The notes below the pieces were generated by a model. The model saw only the letters and a list, made by a program, of their open reading frames with translations. It was not told where the DNA came from and ran no database searches. Source: Mustelus asterias (lineage: Eukaryota). Taken from it: a stretch of DNA of 64,000 nucleotides. Both the position numbers and the translations under genes were made by a program. Location of the stretch: contig NC_135801.1 in NCBI RefSeq assembly GCF_964213995.1, positions 73,904,001 to 73,968,000 of the forward strand, in the 5' to 3' direction. The number at the start of each line of letters is the position of its first letter. The first letter of the stretch is position 1. Below are positions 62,543 to 64,000 of this stretch, in pieces.

Positions 62543-62668
62543 GGGTGGAATTTTACAGCTTCGCTCATCCCGAAACCATAAAATCCCACTCAAGGTCAAC
62601 GGATCTTCCCATTGTCCGCCCCTTACCCGCTCCAATTCCCGTGGTGGGCGGGTGGTAAAATTCTGGCT
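62543..62668. mobile_element. Harbinger-type MITE, 126 bp
   Basis: TIRs gggtggaattttac / gtaaaattctggct; 3-bp TSD GTA; homologous to 61136-61261. Confidence 0.75.
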
Positions 62669-63542
62669 GTAGTGTGGTAAGAGACAAGGCTAAAGGCTAT
62701 GAATAGGTCGGGGCTGATGGTGGCTAAAGAGCCAGAAATGGGAATTAGAGACCTGGTCAAACTAACTGGCTACACCTCCACTTCTGAGAAGCCATTTTGC
62801 GAGGGAGGGAGCAGGGCAGCACCAAGAATCTGGAGCATCGGCCATGAATATTCACTGTAAATGGCATATTCATTTAAGTTAAGCTTAACTTGAGAGTTAA
62901 TATGGCTTTGATGCCAGTGAAATAAAGGAAACTTTTTCTTTAACCTTTGTGCAGTCCATGCACTTAAATTGCATGTCACACAACAGTGGTATTTGCAGGC
63001 ATAATGACAGCAGCCTGACCTTTCCTGGTGGCAAAATGAGTTTGCATGAACTCTGCTTCCGCTGCAGCACTCGGACATTGTGTGGCTTCTGCCTATACTG
63101 CAATGGAAGCTGAGACATTGGTCATCAGGTGCGGCTTTCTGGTTGGGTCTGTGAGTGTGCAGATGGAACTGACCCCCACGTCTACCCTGGAAAGGATGGG
63201 CCCCAAGCTCTATGCAGAACCCTCAAGGTGGGTGGTGCCAGTCTCTCCATGCTTCTTGACACAGAACATGTGCTTCCTGGCAGACCCTCAAACACATCAA
63301 GCATTTGTGTGTGCGTACCCATTAACCTTCTTCTGTAGGCCGATTCAACAAAGTTTCCATCCGAATCCTCAGCTCCAGAACTCTGGCAAGCTAGCACCTC
63401 TGCTGTCCTTGTCTCTTGCTGTAGCTGCCAAATGTTCCCCATTCCCTAACTACATCTAAGTGACCCTCTGATTTACGCACAGTATCAGTATTTGAGCTTG
63501 TGGTTTTCTGTGTGAGCGAGTGAGGGTATTTCTATATCATCA

Positions 63543-64000
63543 TGCGGATTAATCCGGGATAGTCAGCATGGATTCGTGAAGGGCAAGTCGTGCCTCACAA
63601 ATTTGATAGAATTTTTTGAGGAGGTAACTAAGTGTGTTGATGAAGGTAGGGCAGTTGATGTCATATACATGGATTTTAGTAAGGCGTTTGATAAGGTCCC
63701 CCATGGTCGGCTTATGATGAAAGTGAGGAGGTGTGGGATAGAGGGAAAGTTGGCCGATTGGATAGGTAACTGGCTGTCTGATCGAAGACAGAGGGTGGTG
63801 GTGGATGGAAAATTTTCGGATTGGAGGCAGGTTGCTAGCGGAGTGCCGCAGGGATCAGTGCTTGGTCCTCTGCTCTTTGTGATTTTTATTAATGACTTAG
63901 AGGAGGGGGCTGAAGGGTGGATCAGTAAATTTGCTGATGACACCAAGATTGGTGGAGTAGTGGATGAGGTGGAGGGCTGTTGTAGGCTGCAAAGAGACAT
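63543..64000 (+). mobile_element. Young CR1 LINE RT region, running off the window end
   Basis: [23 protein letters not shown]...[13 protein letters not shown]...[13 protein letters not shown]...FADDTK in an open frame. Confidence 0.95.

Noticed and set aside
54359-64000. Next NDST exon (expected to begin VLPRQTCGLFTHT)
   Set aside because: Not found by eye; it presumably lies beyond the window. The large upstream coding exon was likewise not seen in 1-29008.

Overview
This is vertebrate genomic DNA, most likely a shark or other elasmobranch, inferred from HE1-like V-SINEs and abundant CR1 LINEs. The window lies inside a large-intron heparan sulfate N-deacetylase/N-sulfotransferase gene of the NDST3/NDST4 type on the + strand. 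Three consecutive coding exons are visible (29009-29096, 35060-35214, 54173-54358); they have canonical AG/GT sites and splice in frame. The rest is intron packed with nested mobile elements: CR1, L2, RTE and Rex1/Babar LINEs, two tail variants of a V-SINE, a second tRNA-type SINE, four solo LTRs with intact target-site duplications (TSDs), a Harbinger transposase relic with MITEs, and Penelope-like elements. The most notable structures are minimal hammerhead-ribozyme motifs with covarying stems in the Penelope-like repeats, a V-SINE with a Rex1-type 3' stem-loop, a tandem tRNA-Lys/tRNA-Ala relic abutting a SINE, and a 127-bp inverted repeat. No prokaryotic system or CRISPR array is present. 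Almost all ORFs in the supplied track are repeat fragments or noise. Repeat boundaries were read by eye and are approximate unless a TSD is quoted.
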